Assembly: GCA_046295455.1 (NCBI GenBank)
Contig: JBKBNI010000007.1
Location: forward strand, 89,899-153,898
Direction: 5' to 3'
Length of the DNA stretch: 64,000 bases
DNA from: Thermaurantimonas sp.
GTDB lineage: Bacteria > Bacteroidota > Bacteroidia > Flavobacteriales > Schleiferiaceae
Part shown: one piece after another, positions 1 through 10,375 of the stretch
How positions within the stretch are numbered: the first letter of the stretch is position 1
How the letters are laid out: every line of letters starts with the position of its first letter
Position numbers and translations under genes: made by a program
Notes under the pieces: model-generated
Told to the model about the DNA's origin: nothing
What the model saw: the letters and a program-made list of their open reading frames with translations, nothing else
The model's database searches: none

Positions 1-156
1 AGAGGCCCCCAACCATCCACCCTATACACCCATAGCCGCTCCATACCCTCTCACAGAAGCCCGTACAATCCACCATCCCACACCATCGGCCCGTAGCCTA
101 CCTCCGATATTCCAGCCGCGACCAGCCATTACCCCCCGGCTTACACTATTGTGAAA

Positions 157-164
157 TATCTTTG
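157..164 (+). promoter_or_regulatory. Bacteroidota sigma-A -7 promoter element (TATCTTTG)
   Basis: Matches TAnnTTTG, ending 29 nt upstream of the ATG at 193. Confidence 0.6.
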
Positions 165-192
165 CATTTCGTGTGATTTTTAAAGACAGTAC

Positions 193-2262
193 ATGAAACA
201 CCTACTGCAGGCCCTGCTCCTACTACCATTTACATTATTCGCCCAGGAAACCTACGTACACAAGTGCGGTACCAACCACATGTTTGGACAGCAACTGCTT
301 CAGGATCCCACCCTGCGCGAAGTCATCGAGCAGACCGACAAACAACTCAGCATCCAGGCCGTCGATTATGGCATCCAATCACAAAAAAAGCGCACTCAGA
401 GCAATCTAATCATCATACCAGTAGTATTCCATATCATCTACGACGATGCTTTGAGCAATATCTCCCGCGAGCAGATCATGGACGGCCTGAGAGTCTTAAA
501 CGAAGATTTTCGTCGGCTAAATGCCGATACCGTCAATACTCGCCAGATCTTCAAAGACCGCGCTGCCGATGTCGAAATCGAATTCAGACTTGCCAGCATC
601 GACCCCTTTGGCAACTGCACCGACGGCATAAACCGAATCTTCAGCAACCTGACAAACAATGCCAACGACAATGTCAAAAACCTCAGCATGTGGAGTAATC
701 GTCGATACCTCAATATTTGGGTCGTCAAAAACATTCAGCTCCCTAACCAGCCCTCACAAGGCATTGTGCTTGGGTATGCCTACCGACCATTTCCCAATCA
801 GCAAGGCATCAACGACGGAATCGTAATCCGGCATGACCGCATAGGCACCATCGGCACCTCTGTCTCCAGAGGACGCACCCTCACCCACGAAGTCGGACAC
901 TTCCTCGGTCTGAAACACCCCTTCGACGGCGGTTGCTTCCAGGGCGACGACATCGCCGATACTCCACCGGTAGCCACCGAAAGCTTCGGTTGCAACCTTC
1001 AGAAAAATACCTGCACAAACGACGTCCCAGATCTGCCCGATATGATTGAAAACTATATGGACTACGCCAATGACAATTGCATGAACATCTTTACCATAGG
1101 CCAGCGCAATTACATGCGCAACGTCGTCCAGTCCTTTGCACACCGCGCCGAACTGGTAAGTCAGGCCAACCTCCAGCGCGTCGGATTGGTCAGTAATACC
1201 CAATGCCCTCCCAAGGCCATTGCTTTTGCTCCCCGACGGGTACTATGTGTAGGCGATACTGCCCGATTTATGGACATCAGTGCAGGAGGACCAGCCACTA
1301 CAAGAGTCTGGACATTTACAGGCGCGACACCTGCGACCTCCACAGAGTCCAATCCGCAGATCATATTCACCCAGCCCGGATTACACAAAGTGGAGCTTAC
1401 CCTCTCCAACGCTGCCGGCTCAAGCACATTCAAGAAGTACGATTACATCACCGTCAGACCCAGTCCGGCCAATTTTGGAAACTTCCTCCAAGAAGACTTC
1501 TCAGTCACATGGCTTCCAAGTTTCAATTGGTTTGTGGAAGATGTCCATGGAGTAGGCAGCAGCTGGACCACAGCCATGAATGCCGGATATAATGATAGCC
1601 GGTCTGCACGTGTATTAAACTTTGACTCCCTGGCAGGCACCGTCCACAATCTAATCTCTCCGACTGTCGACGTGCGTTTTTCTACCGGATTATCTATGCG
1701 ATTCCAATATGCCTATGCCCGACGACAGCCCGGTAATACCGATGCCTTGCGGTTTTATGTATCACTCAACTGCGGCCGCACCTGGATATTGCGAAGGGCC
1801 GTATTAGGCGCTCAATTAGTCACCGCCCCCGATGTGCCTGACGGCATATTTGTTCCCGCAAATAATTCCGAATGGAAAGAAGTCACGGTGCCACTCGGCA
1901 TTTACGCCAATCATCCCAACGACATCATGTTTCGGTGGGAATTTACCTCTGGCGGTGGCAATGCCATATACATCGACGACATCAACCTTGATGTGACCGT
2001 CGGCACCCAGCAGTGGGAGGCTGAAGATAAAATTGCACTCTACCCCAATCCCGCAGGAAGAGGCTCTGTAGTAGTCTTTGATACACCCATACACTTTGGA
2101 TCACACGTCCGGCTTGTCAGCCTTACAGGACAGGTAGTGGCTACCTTTCAGGCACTCGAAAACCAATCGACTTTCGAATTTCGGATACCCGAGCACATCT
2201 CCCCGGGCATCTACATGCTCATCACCGGTTCCGGCCTATCCAAGAAAATTGTCATACAATGA
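193..2262 (+). CDS. M43 (pappalysin/ulilysin-like) zinc metalloprotease with PKD domain and T9SS C-terminal sorting domain
   Basis: Signal peptide, cysteine-switch HKCGT, HEVGHFLGLKH zinc motif, ENYMDY Met-turn, PKD-like WTFTGATPATS, C-terminal LYPNP...GIYML...KKIVIQ. Confidence 0.9.
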   Translation: MKHLLQALLLLPFTLFAQETYVHKCGTNHMFGQQLLQDPTLREVIEQTDKQLSIQAVDYGIQSQKKRTQSNLIIIPVVFHIIYDDALSNISREQIMDGLRVLNEDFRRLNADTVNTRQIFKDRAADVEIEFRLASIDPFGNCTDGINRIFSNLTNNANDNVKNLSMWSNRRYLNIWVVKNIQLPNQPSQGIVLGYAYRPFPNQQGINDGIVIRHDRIGTIGTSVSRGRTLTHEVGHFLGLKHPFDGGCFQGDDIADTPPVATESFGCNLQKNTCTNDVPDLPDMIENYMDYANDNCMNIFTIGQRNYMRNVVQSFAHRAELVSQANLQRVGLVSNTQCPPKAIAFAPRRVLCVGDTARFMDISAGGPATTRVWTFTGATPATSTESNPQIIFTQPGLHKVELTLSNAAGSSTFKKYDYITVRPSPANFGNFLQEDFSVTWLPSFNWFVEDVHGVGSSWTTAMNAGYNDSRSARVLNFDSLAGTVHNLISPTVDVRFSTGLSMRFQYAYARRQPGNTDALRFYVSLNCGRTWILRRAVLGAQLVTAPDVPDGIFVPANNSEWKEVTVPLGIYANHPNDIMFRWEFTSGGGNAIYIDDINLDVTVGTQQWEAEDKIALYPNPAGRGSVVVFDTPIHFGSHVRLVSLTGQVVATFQALENQSTFEFRIPEHISPGIYMLITGSGLSKKIVIQ

Positions 2263-3569
2263 AAAGTGCCGAGATTATTACTATCGGAGACGAATTGCTC
2301 ATCGGCCAGGTCATTGACACCAATTCTGCCTGGATCGCCGAAAAACTCAACGAACTCGGAGTCGAAGTCACCCAGCGCCGGGCAATCGGGGACAATATGG
2401 AAATGATATTCAAATCCCTTGACAGCATCCTGCCGCAGACCAAACTAGTCATACTCACCGGCGGACTCGGACCTACACGCGACGACATTACAAAAAAGGC
2501 TCTGGCCGAGTATTTCGGCATGGAACTCGTTTTTCACGATGAAACCCTCAGACACATCACCAATATGTTTACCCGCCTGGGACGGGAGGTCAACGACCTC
2601 AATGCATCCCAGGCATGGCTTCCCTCCGGCTGCATACCCCTGAAAAATATGAACGGCACTGCCCCGGGAATGCGCTTCGATAAGAATGGCATTGTGTACT
2701 TTTCCCTCCCGGGGGTACCTTACGAAATGAAGGCGCTCTTCGAAACCTATATAAAACCCTACATCACCGAAGAGCTTATGCCGGATATACAAATACGGCA
2801 TATAGTATTTCACACCCAGCACATCCCCGAAAGCATCCTCGCCAAACGCATAGAAGACTGGGAGCTTAATCTGCCGCCTCAAATCAAACTGGCATACCTG
2901 CCCTCCGCTGGCACAGTTCGCCTCCGGCTGACTGCACGCGGTCATAAAAGTGAAAATCTGATTAACATGCTCCATCAGGAGGCGTCTAAGCTGAGAGAAA
3001 TCCTCGGCCCCGACCTTAATGCCGAAGGTGATGAAACCATCGAGCAAGTAGTAGGCAGGCTTCTTAAAACGAACAATAAAACCCTGTCGCTTGCAGAGAG
3101 CTGCTCAGGCGGATACATTGCTCATTTGATTACCAGCATTCCCGGTAGTTCAGCCTATTTCATGGGTGGAGTCATTGCATACGAAAACATGGCAAAAGAA
3201 GTAACCCTCGGAGTCAATCACGAAGACATCGTGCATTATGGAGCTGTCAGCAGCCAGGTGGTGATGCAGATGGCAGAGGGTGCCCGGCGAATTTTTAATA
3301 CCGATTTTGCCCTTAGCGCTTCAGGCATTGCAGGCCCCGATGGAGGCACACCTGACAAACCCATCGGCACCATCTGGATAGGGCTGAGCACTCCAGACGA
3401 GACGCGCGCCTATCTGTTTCAATTTGGCACGGATCGGATGAGAAATATTCGCAAAACCGCCATCGCTGCCCTTGATCTGCTTCGCCGGGCGTTGATCCAT
3501 GCAGACCTGGATGCGATCAATTCACCCTCCCTCAGAAAAGTCCTCAAAGAGAGTAAAATAAGCCTCTGA
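2259..3569 (+). CDS. cinA: competence/damage-inducible protein CinA (MoCF-like domain + NMN deamidase PncC domain)
   Basis: IITIGDELLIGQVIDTN, TGGLGPTRDDIT, AESCSGG, SGIAGPDGG motifs; ATGA overlap with upstream gene. Confidence 0.95.
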   Translation: MKSAEIITIGDELLIGQVIDTNSAWIAEKLNELGVEVTQRRAIGDNMEMIFKSLDSILPQTKLVILTGGLGPTRDDITKKALAEYFGMELVFHDETLRHITNMFTRLGREVNDLNASQAWLPSGCIPLKNMNGTAPGMRFDKNGIVYFSLPGVPYEMKALFETYIKPYITEELMPDIQIRHIVFHTQHIPESILAKRIEDWELNLPPQIKLAYLPSAGTVRLRLTARGHKSENLINMLHQEASKLREILGPDLNAEGDETIEQVVGRLLKTNNKTLSLAESCSGGYIAHLITSIPGSSAYFMGGVIAYENMAKEVTLGVNHEDIVHYGAVSSQVVMQMAEGARRIFNTDFALSASGIAGPDGGTPDKPIGTIWIGLSTPDETRAYLFQFGTDRMRNIRKTAIAALDLLRRALIHADLDAINSPSLRKVLKESKISL

Positions 3570-3708
3570 ACGCTCTTTTGACCACAGATACCAATTCACC
3601 GGTTGTATAGGGCACTACCCCTTTGCCGGAAAGCCTCTTCTTAGCACACTTTTCTACAGGAAATCCAATTCTCAGTCTCTTTAGGCGGACTTTGTGGCGT
3701 TCGGCGTG

Positions 3709-3716
3709 TACCTTTG
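3709..3716 (+). promoter_or_regulatory. -7 promoter element (TACCTTTG) for sucC
   Basis: TAnnTTTG ending 20 nt before the ATG at 3736. Confidence 0.6.
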
Positions 3717-3735
3717 GGCGCAAAATACAAGTAAG

Positions 3736-4926
3736 ATGAATTTACACGAGTATCAAGGTAAGGAAATATTAAGTTCATTCGGAGTTGGAATTCAGAGAGG
3801 TATTGTAGCCACGACACCTGAAGAAGCTGTTGATGCCGCAAAAAAGCTACAAGAGCAGACCGGTACAGGCTGGTGGGTTGTCAAGGCACAGATTCATGCC
3901 GGCGGTAGGGGAAAGGGCGGAGGTGTTAAACTTGCAAAATCCATCGAAGAAGTCCGCGAAAAAGCAGCTCAAATCATTGGAATGAACCTCATTACGCCCC
4001 AGACTCCTAAAGATGGAAAAAAAGTCCATCAGGTGCTCATCGCAGAAGACGTCTATTACCCGGGGCCTAATCCGACCAAAGAAATTTACATGAGTGTGTT
4101 GCTCAATCGCCAGGTAGGCCGGTACATGATCCTATACTCTCCTCAGGGCGGCATGGACATCGAAGAAGTTGCCGAAAGCCATCCGGACCAGATTTTTACC
4201 GAGATCATCGATTCACGCACAGGATTGCTCGATTTTCAGGCCCGTCGGATTGCATTTAACCTCGGTATGGAAGGTAATGCATTTAAGGAAATGGTCAGAT
4301 TTGTAAAATCGCTCTACAACGCCTTCATAACCATCGATGCCAGCCTCTTTGAAATCAATCCTGTGTTGAAAACCTCCGATGACCGCATCATTGCCGTAGA
4401 TGCTAAAGTCGTGCTCGATGACAACGGATTGATCCGTCATCCCGAATACGCCCGCCTAAGAGACATCAGAGAGGAAGACCCCACTGAGGTTGAAGCCCGC
4501 GAAGCCGGTCTGAACTTTGTAAAACTCGATGGTAACGTCGGGTGTATGGTCAACGGAGCCGGACTGGCAATGGCTACTATGGATATCATCAAACTTTCCG
4601 GTGGAAACCCCGCCAACTTCCTCGACGTGGGAGGCACTGCAGATGCTGCCCGTGTGGAGAAAGCATTTCGTATCATCCTGAAGGATTCCAATGTAAAGGC
4701 CATACTTATAAACATTTTCGGCGGCATCGTTCGTTGTGACAGGGTAGCCCAGGGAATCGTAGATGCTTACAAAAACGTAGGTGAAATTCCGGTGCCGATC
4801 ATTGTGCGCCTACAGGGTACCAACGCCGAAGAAGCAAAGCAGATATTAGATGAGAGCGGATTGAAAGTCCACTCTGTCATAGCACTTCAGGAGGCTGCCG
4901 AAAAGGTTCGTGAGCTTGTCGGTTGA
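3736..4926 (+). CDS. sucC: succinate--CoA ligase (ADP-forming) subunit beta
   Basis: MNLHEYQGK start, KAQIHAGGRGKGGGVK, GCMVNGAGLAMATMD, NIFGGIVRCD; start placed at ATG 3736. Confidence 0.97.
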   Translation: MNLHEYQGKEILSSFGVGIQRGIVATTPEEAVDAAKKLQEQTGTGWWVVKAQIHAGGRGKGGGVKLAKSIEEVREKAAQIIGMNLITPQTPKDGKKVHQVLIAEDVYYPGPNPTKEIYMSVLLNRQVGRYMILYSPQGGMDIEEVAESHPDQIFTEIIDSRTGLLDFQARRIAFNLGMEGNAFKEMVRFVKSLYNAFITIDASLFEINPVLKTSDDRIIAVDAKVVLDDNGLIRHPEYARLRDIREEDPTEVEAREAGLNFVKLDGNVGCMVNGAGLAMATMDIIKLSGGNPANFLDVGGTADAARVEKAFRIILKDSNVKAILINIFGGIVRCDRVAQGIVDAYKNVGEIPVPIIVRLQGTNAEEAKQILDESGLKVHSVIALQEAAEKVRELVG

Positions 4927-5031
4927 TTTTGGGTTTTTTTATCTTTTTTATACAACAAAGAATGCGATATTGGCTTTTGATAATGTAAATGACTTGGTGT
5001 AACCTATAACAAATTAAAAAAGCTGGAAACT

Positions 5032-5649
5032 ATGAAAAAATCTATTTTTATTCTTTCCCTTGTGCTGGTCAGCCAGTTTGCATTCAGTCAGGCAAAAAGC
5101 CAAATTAATATCGGAGACAAAGCCCCTTTGGACACTCTCCGCATGATGGGCGTGGATGGTCGTTTTTACAACTTAATGAACATTAAGGGTCCTAATGGTT
5201 TGATTGTGATATTTAGTTGTAATACATGTCCGTTTGTCATCGGTTGGGAAGATCAGTACAATGTCATCTTCGAAGAGGCACGCGAGGCGGGGTTAGGTAT
5301 GGTACTTATCAACAGCAATGAGGCATTTCGCAACAAAGAGGATTCATTTGAAGCGATGAAAGCCCATGCGGAAAAAAATAAATACAAAATGCCTTATCTG
5401 GTTGATAAAAATCATCAGCTTGCAGACGCTTTTGGAGCACAAACCACTCCTCATGTCTTTGTCTTTGACAAGGATATGCTGCTGGTATTTAAGGGTTCAA
5501 TCAACGATAAATACGAAAACAGCCGAAACGGGGAAAAGCCAACCAAATTTTATCTACAGGATGTAATAAGATCCATAAAATCAGGCCAACCCATTGTAAT
5601 CAATGAGTCCAGAGCGATTGGATGCTCGATCAAGCGCGTAAGCAAATGA
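5032..5649 (+). CDS. exported thioredoxin-fold (redoxin/AhpC-TSA-like) protein
   Basis: Signal peptide, SCNTCPFV CxxC, GAQTTPHVFVFD, C-terminal AIGCSIKR. Confidence 0.85.
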   Translation: MKKSIFILSLVLVSQFAFSQAKSQINIGDKAPLDTLRMMGVDGRFYNLMNIKGPNGLIVIFSCNTCPFVIGWEDQYNVIFEEAREAGLGMVLINSNEAFRNKEDSFEAMKAHAEKNKYKMPYLVDKNHQLADAFGAQTTPHVFVFDKDMLLVFKGSINDKYENSRNGEKPTKFYLQDVIRSIKSGQPIVINESRAIGCSIKRVSK

Positions 5650-5750
5650 TCTGAATACTTCTCCACACGTAATACATCCGTGTTTTGATCGCCGGATTTA
5701 TAATGCACAAAAAAAATTCCTTGTTCCAATCTGGCTTACGGCCAGTCACT

Positions 5751-7988
5751 ATGGTAAAACAGCTGCCTCTTCAAGAAAGTGCTAAACTTTTGAAGAGGTA
5801 TGCTCTTTTGATGATTACTGTGATACTGCTGGCACCCTCTTGCGAAGTAACTGAAACAGTAATCTCCTCCAGCAGAAATCTTACAACAATACAAATTACG
5901 GATTCGGTTGGAGAGATCATTCCGACCGTGGCCACATACAGACCTGACGGCTATACAGAAATCGAAGGTATGATCAGGCGGCCGTTTCGATATCGCAATG
6001 ATGAGAAGGTTCGAAAAGTGTCCCGGGTCAGGGGTAACAACCGGATGAAATTAGGAGCCATGTTGGCAGGTGCTGCTGGAATTACAGCTGGATTTACTTT
6101 GATCGGACCAGACGGTCAGCCCGGCAATCCCCTACCGTACTATATCCTTGCCGGTTCTTCTCTGGTCTTTGGTGCAGGATTGGCCGGAATGTATATTGAT
6201 ACCAGTGTATATCAGAGGCTTTCCTATGACTTTTACGAAGATGCCGATACTGTCCGGGCAGCCAATGCAGTGGCCCGGCTCCAGCTCAATGACTATAATC
6301 CGGTAAACGTGCACTTTGATTCCACGGGAGTACTGCGAGTCAATGTGTTTACTCTCTTCAACGATCTTAGAAAATTCACATCCGATCCTTCCGATACACT
6401 TGTCATTTACTATGGTAAAAAAAGGTACCCAATCCCGGTAAAATACTTCTCGATGGAAGCCATTGTCAGTGAGAGCGAGCTTCCTCTCTATGCACAGCCT
6501 CAGGCGGGTGAGACACCACTTGTGTACCTCAGTCCAGGCACGTTTCTCATCGAAAGGGATGTGATCAACGACCAGTTTGCCGAAGTCGCAGTCGCCGGGA
6601 TCAGTTACTACACAGACAGAGGTCTGTACTCAAAAGTGTACACAGCTCCACATCATTACGCTGATAATCTTCCGGATATCAATTATTTCGTTTCAGGATT
6701 TTTGAAAAATAGCGCTTTAAGATATCTGACCCGCCTCGATACGGAATCTGCGGATCAATATCAGAGCAGGCTCCAGAAATTCGATTCACAAAAAAATTCT
6801 TGGCTGCGTCAGGCCCTCGAAATGTATGCTTTGCTCATTCGCGACCGAATGATTTATACCGATATCAATCTTCTTGAATACGACTCAGATAACCAACTTT
6901 ACCTCGTCGAATTAAAGGGTTTTGGCAGATTTCCGGTGCGCGTATCCAGAGCATTGGTCACCACCTTTAAAGATTCGGCACACAACCTTTCATTTTACAA
7001 CATCAAATTGGCTTACCGCCGTGAATCCCTTGAAATAGAAGAAATTACCCTTTTCAACTCCTCTCTGCAAACTTACTTCACCTATGAGGATCGCATGAGA
7101 CGATTTTTCAGAAATTCGAGACTCCGGGAAAAGTCACGCCTCCCGGATCTCACTCTTCGAAGTGAGGTCGTAAATGACTTTTTTTCTAAATCTTTCTCAG
7201 ATTTCAAAAGGCTAGAGGATGAATATACGATCCCTATCGCAAAACTGCCTTATCTCGATGCAGCCGCAGTTTTTATAGAAATATCACAATATAAATATCT
7301 TACCACTTCAAATACCATAATGAGCAGCCTTCCTTACCTTAAGTTGCTGGCTGGTCAAGGCTTTGGAATAGGTCCAGAAAGCATTCTTACGGAAACGAAT
7401 GCTACAAAGGCTGATTTTTATCGCATTTTCGGACGAGCAGATGTCGGCCGCGGGCAGCTCAGGAAGTCCAGCAGCTCAGATAGCTCTCTGTTCTTTCTGT
7501 ACATCAATGGTACATTTTATTACGACCCGGATAGCTTGCGGCTGTACATATTGCCCATTGATGGGCATCCATCCTTTATCGCAATTACCTCCCTGGAGCT
7601 TTCAGAGCTGATCAAATCGGTACGCAGAAATGGATATAAGACCATTGTAGCCTTACTTGATGGTCCCATCATTCAAAGTAAAACTGCTGATTCAATCTAT
7701 CTATCAGGGCTCGATGAGCATGTGTCTTTACTTTTTTCATCTGCCCCAGGTCAGAAGTCCTATACCAATCCTCGTACATTGCTAAGTATTTTTACACATT
7801 GTTTTTTAAAAGAACTTTCAAATACAGAAGGAGACGTGACCATCGGAAGGCTGTATGATCAAATGTGCAGTGCACGCAGGAGTGTGCCCGTGCTTGCCAG
7901 GGAATACCATCAGTCCGAACAAATACCTGTGCTGATCGGAAACAGGGACATCCTTTTTATAAAATCCATCAATGAGCCAAAAGACTAA
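5751..7988 (+). CDS. putative lipoprotein with SH3-like segment and a degenerate C-terminal caspase (C14)-like domain
   Basis: Long ORF open from 5685 (start uncertain: ATG 5751 or TTG 5790); lipobox LLAPSC; C-terminal pattern NATK..F, LFFLY.NG, YILPIDG, LLD, SSAPGQKS, SIFTHCFLK, EQIP resembles caspase-family domains. Confidence 0.65.
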   Translation: MVKQLPLQESAKLLKRYALLMITVILLAPSCEVTETVISSSRNLTTIQITDSVGEIIPTVATYRPDGYTEIEGMIRRPFRYRNDEKVRKVSRVRGNNRMKLGAMLAGAAGITAGFTLIGPDGQPGNPLPYYILAGSSLVFGAGLAGMYIDTSVYQRLSYDFYEDADTVRAANAVARLQLNDYNPVNVHFDSTGVLRVNVFTLFNDLRKFTSDPSDTLVIYYGKKRYPIPVKYFSMEAIVSESELPLYAQPQAGETPLVYLSPGTFLIERDVINDQFAEVAVAGISYYTDRGLYSKVYTAPHHYADNLPDINYFVSGFLKNSALRYLTRLDTESADQYQSRLQKFDSQKNSWLRQALEMYALLIRDRMIYTDINLLEYDSDNQLYLVELKGFGRFPVRVSRALVTTFKDSAHNLSFYNIKLAYRRESLEIEEITLFNSSLQTYFTYEDRMRRFFRNSRLREKSRLPDLTLRSEVVNDFFSKSFSDFKRLEDEYTIPIAKLPYLDAAAVFIEISQYKYLTTSNTIMSSLPYLKLLAGQGFGIGPESILTETNATKADFYRIFGRADVGRGQLRKSSSSDSSLFFLYINGTFYYDPDSLRLYILPIDGHPSFIAITSLELSELIKSVRRNGYKTIVALLDGPIIQSKTADSIYLSGLDEHVSLLFSSAPGQKSYTNPRTLLSIFTHCFLKELSNTEGDVTIGRLYDQMCSARRSVPVLAREYHQSEQIPVLIGNRDILFIKSINEPKD

Positions 7989-8754
7989 ACCGGATATCGG
8001 AATTGCCTTTAGCGGAGGCGGTGCACGTGGTATCGCGCATGCAGGAGTATTGCAATATCTTGAAGAAATCGGAATCCATCCGAAAGCAGTGGCAGGTACC
8101 AGTGCTGGCGCCATCGCAGGTGCCCTATATGCTGAAGGCCTCTCGCCGTCTGAAATTCTGGAGAGGGTAAAGGTCAGCTCCGTATTTAAGGTATTTAATT
8201 TTAAAAATCTCAAATTAGGGCTTTCGGACTTGAGCTACCTTCGCGACATCCTCCGCGAAAGCATCCCACATGACGACTTTTCCCGGCTAAAAATCCCTTT
8301 TTATGCCTGCGCTACAAACTTAAATGTAGGAAATTGGGAAATCTTTTCCGAAGGTAGTGTCTCTGATGCCGTTGTGGCATCATCGTCGATCCCGGTTGTC
8401 TTTCACCCGGTCGTCATCAACGGACAGACGTATGTAGACGGGGGGCTACTCAACAATTTACCGGTAGAACCCTTGCTTGAAAAAAAACTGAAAATAATCG
8501 GTGTAAACATTAATATACACGGGTATCAGGAGCAGTTTGACGGAATGTTTTCTGTGACAAAGCGGATTTTTGATCTTGCCTTATGGGCCAATACTGAGTC
8601 CAGATTCCTACAATGTGATCTTGGCATTGATGTTCAGGAAACATATGAGTTCGGAATCTTTGATTTCGACAAGCACCAGGAGCTTTTTGACGCAGGATAT
8701 ACCGCTGCCCGGAAGCACCACGATCAGCTCATGGAGTTGATACGAGGGGAGTAG
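7972..8754 (+). CDS. patatin-like phospholipase (NTE/RssA type)
   Basis: FSGGGARGIAHAG, GTSAG nucleophile elbow, YVDGG catalytic Asp. Confidence 0.93.
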   Translation: MSQKTKPDIGIAFSGGGARGIAHAGVLQYLEEIGIHPKAVAGTSAGAIAGALYAEGLSPSEILERVKVSSVFKVFNFKNLKLGLSDLSYLRDILRESIPHDDFSRLKIPFYACATNLNVGNWEIFSEGSVSDAVVASSSIPVVFHPVVINGQTYVDGGLLNNLPVEPLLEKKLKIIGVNINIHGYQEQFDGMFSVTKRIFDLALWANTESRFLQCDLGIDVQETYEFGIFDFDKHQELFDAGYTAARKHHDQLMELIRGE

Positions 8755-8766
8755 TTTTCTTACTTA

Positions 8767-9492
8767 CTACACGACACCTCCGTTTATATGTAGGGTCTGC
8801 CCGGTGATGAAACTACAGTTTTCGGAAGCGAGGAATATTATGGCATGACCAATTTCATGCGCCGGTCCAAGTCGATTTTGAGCACTTTTCTCTTTAAAAT
8901 AATTCAGCATCTCAGCCGGAATCTGAGAGATCAATCCCACATCCATGTAGCCGGGGGCAATACAATTTACAGTAATCCCAAAAGCCGCCCAGTCTGCCGC
9001 TAAGGCCCGTGCCAGGCCCGTCAGCCCGGCTTTGGATGCTGCGTAAGCTGAAGTACCTCTTACAAACGTACAACCTACCACAGATGATATAAAGACAATT
9101 CGACCGAACTGATTGGCTCTCATATCGTTGAAAAAAGCTTGTGAGAGATAAAAAGGCACCGACAGATTGATGTCGAGGGTTCTTTGCCATTGATGGTGGT
9201 CGAGCTTATGTGCAGGGGCCGAATGGCTGATGCCTGCATTTGCCACCACCACATCTACGGACTGACCGATGGTTTCTTTTAGCTGCTGCACGTCTTCAAA
9301 AGATTGCAGAGATTGACGGATCACCCGTACATTCTCCAGACCGATCTTATTAACAAATGAAAGTAATTCCTCAGCCCGGCTGTATGCTTGTAAGATCAAA
9401 TTGTATCCGGCGGATGCCAGAATAGGGAGTACCGCGCGCCCGATACCACCGGAGGCTCCGGTAAGCAGGAGGGTTTTAGTCTTTTGTTCCAT
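8767..9492 (-). CDS. SDR family NAD(P)-dependent oxidoreductase (FabG-like)
   Basis: TGASGGIG, NAG, YAASK, VNCIAPG, ITGQTLHINGG. Confidence 0.92.
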   Translation of the reverse strand: MEQKTKTLLLTGASGGIGRAVLPILASAGYNLILQAYSRAEELLSFVNKIGLENVRVIRQSLQSFEDVQQLKETIGQSVDVVVANAGISHSAPAHKLDHHQWQRTLDINLSVPFYLSQAFFNDMRANQFGRIVFISSVVGCTFVRGTSAYAASKAGLTGLARALAADWAAFGITVNCIAPGYMDVGLISQIPAEMLNYFKEKSAQNRLGPAHEIGHAIIFLASENCSFITGQTLHINGGVV

Positions 9493-10375
9493 AAGGAGTG
9501 TACATCGTTATACCTCTGTTGTGATACGATTCTATCATGACTTCCAGCATCCTCGCTGCATCGGCCAGAAGAGAGGGGGCCTCACCCAGGCGGGTATGCT
9601 TCATGGCCGACTGATTGACAAACATAGTAATCAAAGCGTCACATTGTCGTTTTGCAGATTGTACAGGGTTGTGCACTTTAACCTTGTGTGAATAGGTCAT
9701 TCCATCAAAATCGGTGACAGATACGTCAAATTCAATATGGTAATAAACCGGATATGGAAAATCATCGACTAAATCTTCTAAAAGGTGAAGACTCGTACCC
9801 GCTTGAGCCAGTGTGACCCCGGCATACAGTATTTTTCCTCCAATTTCAGTCAGGCGATGAAATGGCGAAAACCGATCGTACGGAGTAAGCCTGGCCCTAT
9901 GGCCTTCGGTCAGCCAATCTGCTAAAGGACCATATGCGCATACAGGCTCAGTAGGACTTAGAGAGCGCTTCACTCCAGGAAGTTTGCGGAAGTGCTCAGT
10001 GATGGCACCCATGACAGAAGGGTCTGTGCGAACATCGAAGTGTGGATGACTGCGAATGTAGTCCAGCTGAAATGCTGGATTCGGTGACGACGGCATGAGC
10101 AGATTACCTTCAGGGCCAATCACTTCTAATACGGCATCGATCACGGTCTGAGGGCCTTTTTCCAGGTACCCCATCCGGCTCATCGAGCTGTGCAGCAGCA
10201 GTGAGTCACCTGCCTTGAGCCCCATTGTGCGAAGTTGCTCGGCTAGAATCCGGACAGTGATCACTTGACCTTTTGCAGCTTTTTGAGCAAGATTTTTTCT
10301 GATTTTTTCTTTTTTATACTCCCTGTATTTTTCCAGTAACACATTGGGGGTTAAGGAACGAATCAGTTTTCTCAT
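9476..10375 (-). CDS. AAC(3)/Antibiotic_NAT family N-acetyltransferase
   Basis: GDSLLLHSSM..MG, GPEGNLLMP, MGAITEHFR, TSLHLLE motifs of the YokD/AAC(3) family. Confidence 0.85.
   Translation of the reverse strand: MRKLIRSLTPNVLLEKYREYKKEKIRKNLAQKAAKGQVITVRILAEQLRTMGLKAGDSLLLHSSMSRMGYLEKGPQTVIDAVLEVIGPEGNLLMPSSPNPAFQLDYIRSHPHFDVRTDPSVMGAITEHFRKLPGVKRSLSPTEPVCAYGPLADWLTEGHRARLTPYDRFSPFHRLTEIGGKILYAGVTLAQAGTSLHLLEDLVDDFPYPVYYHIEFDVSVTDFDGMTYSHKVKVHNPVQSAKRQCDALITMFVNQSAMKHTRLGEAPSLLADAARMLEVMIESYHNRGITMYTPYGTKD

Noticed and set aside
3736-4926. sucC without adjacent sucD
   Set aside because: Separation of sucC and sucD is, to my knowledge, common in this phylum
9476-10375. acquired aminoglycoside resistance gene
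   Set aside because: Family-level similarity only; chromosomal operon context with no mobile element
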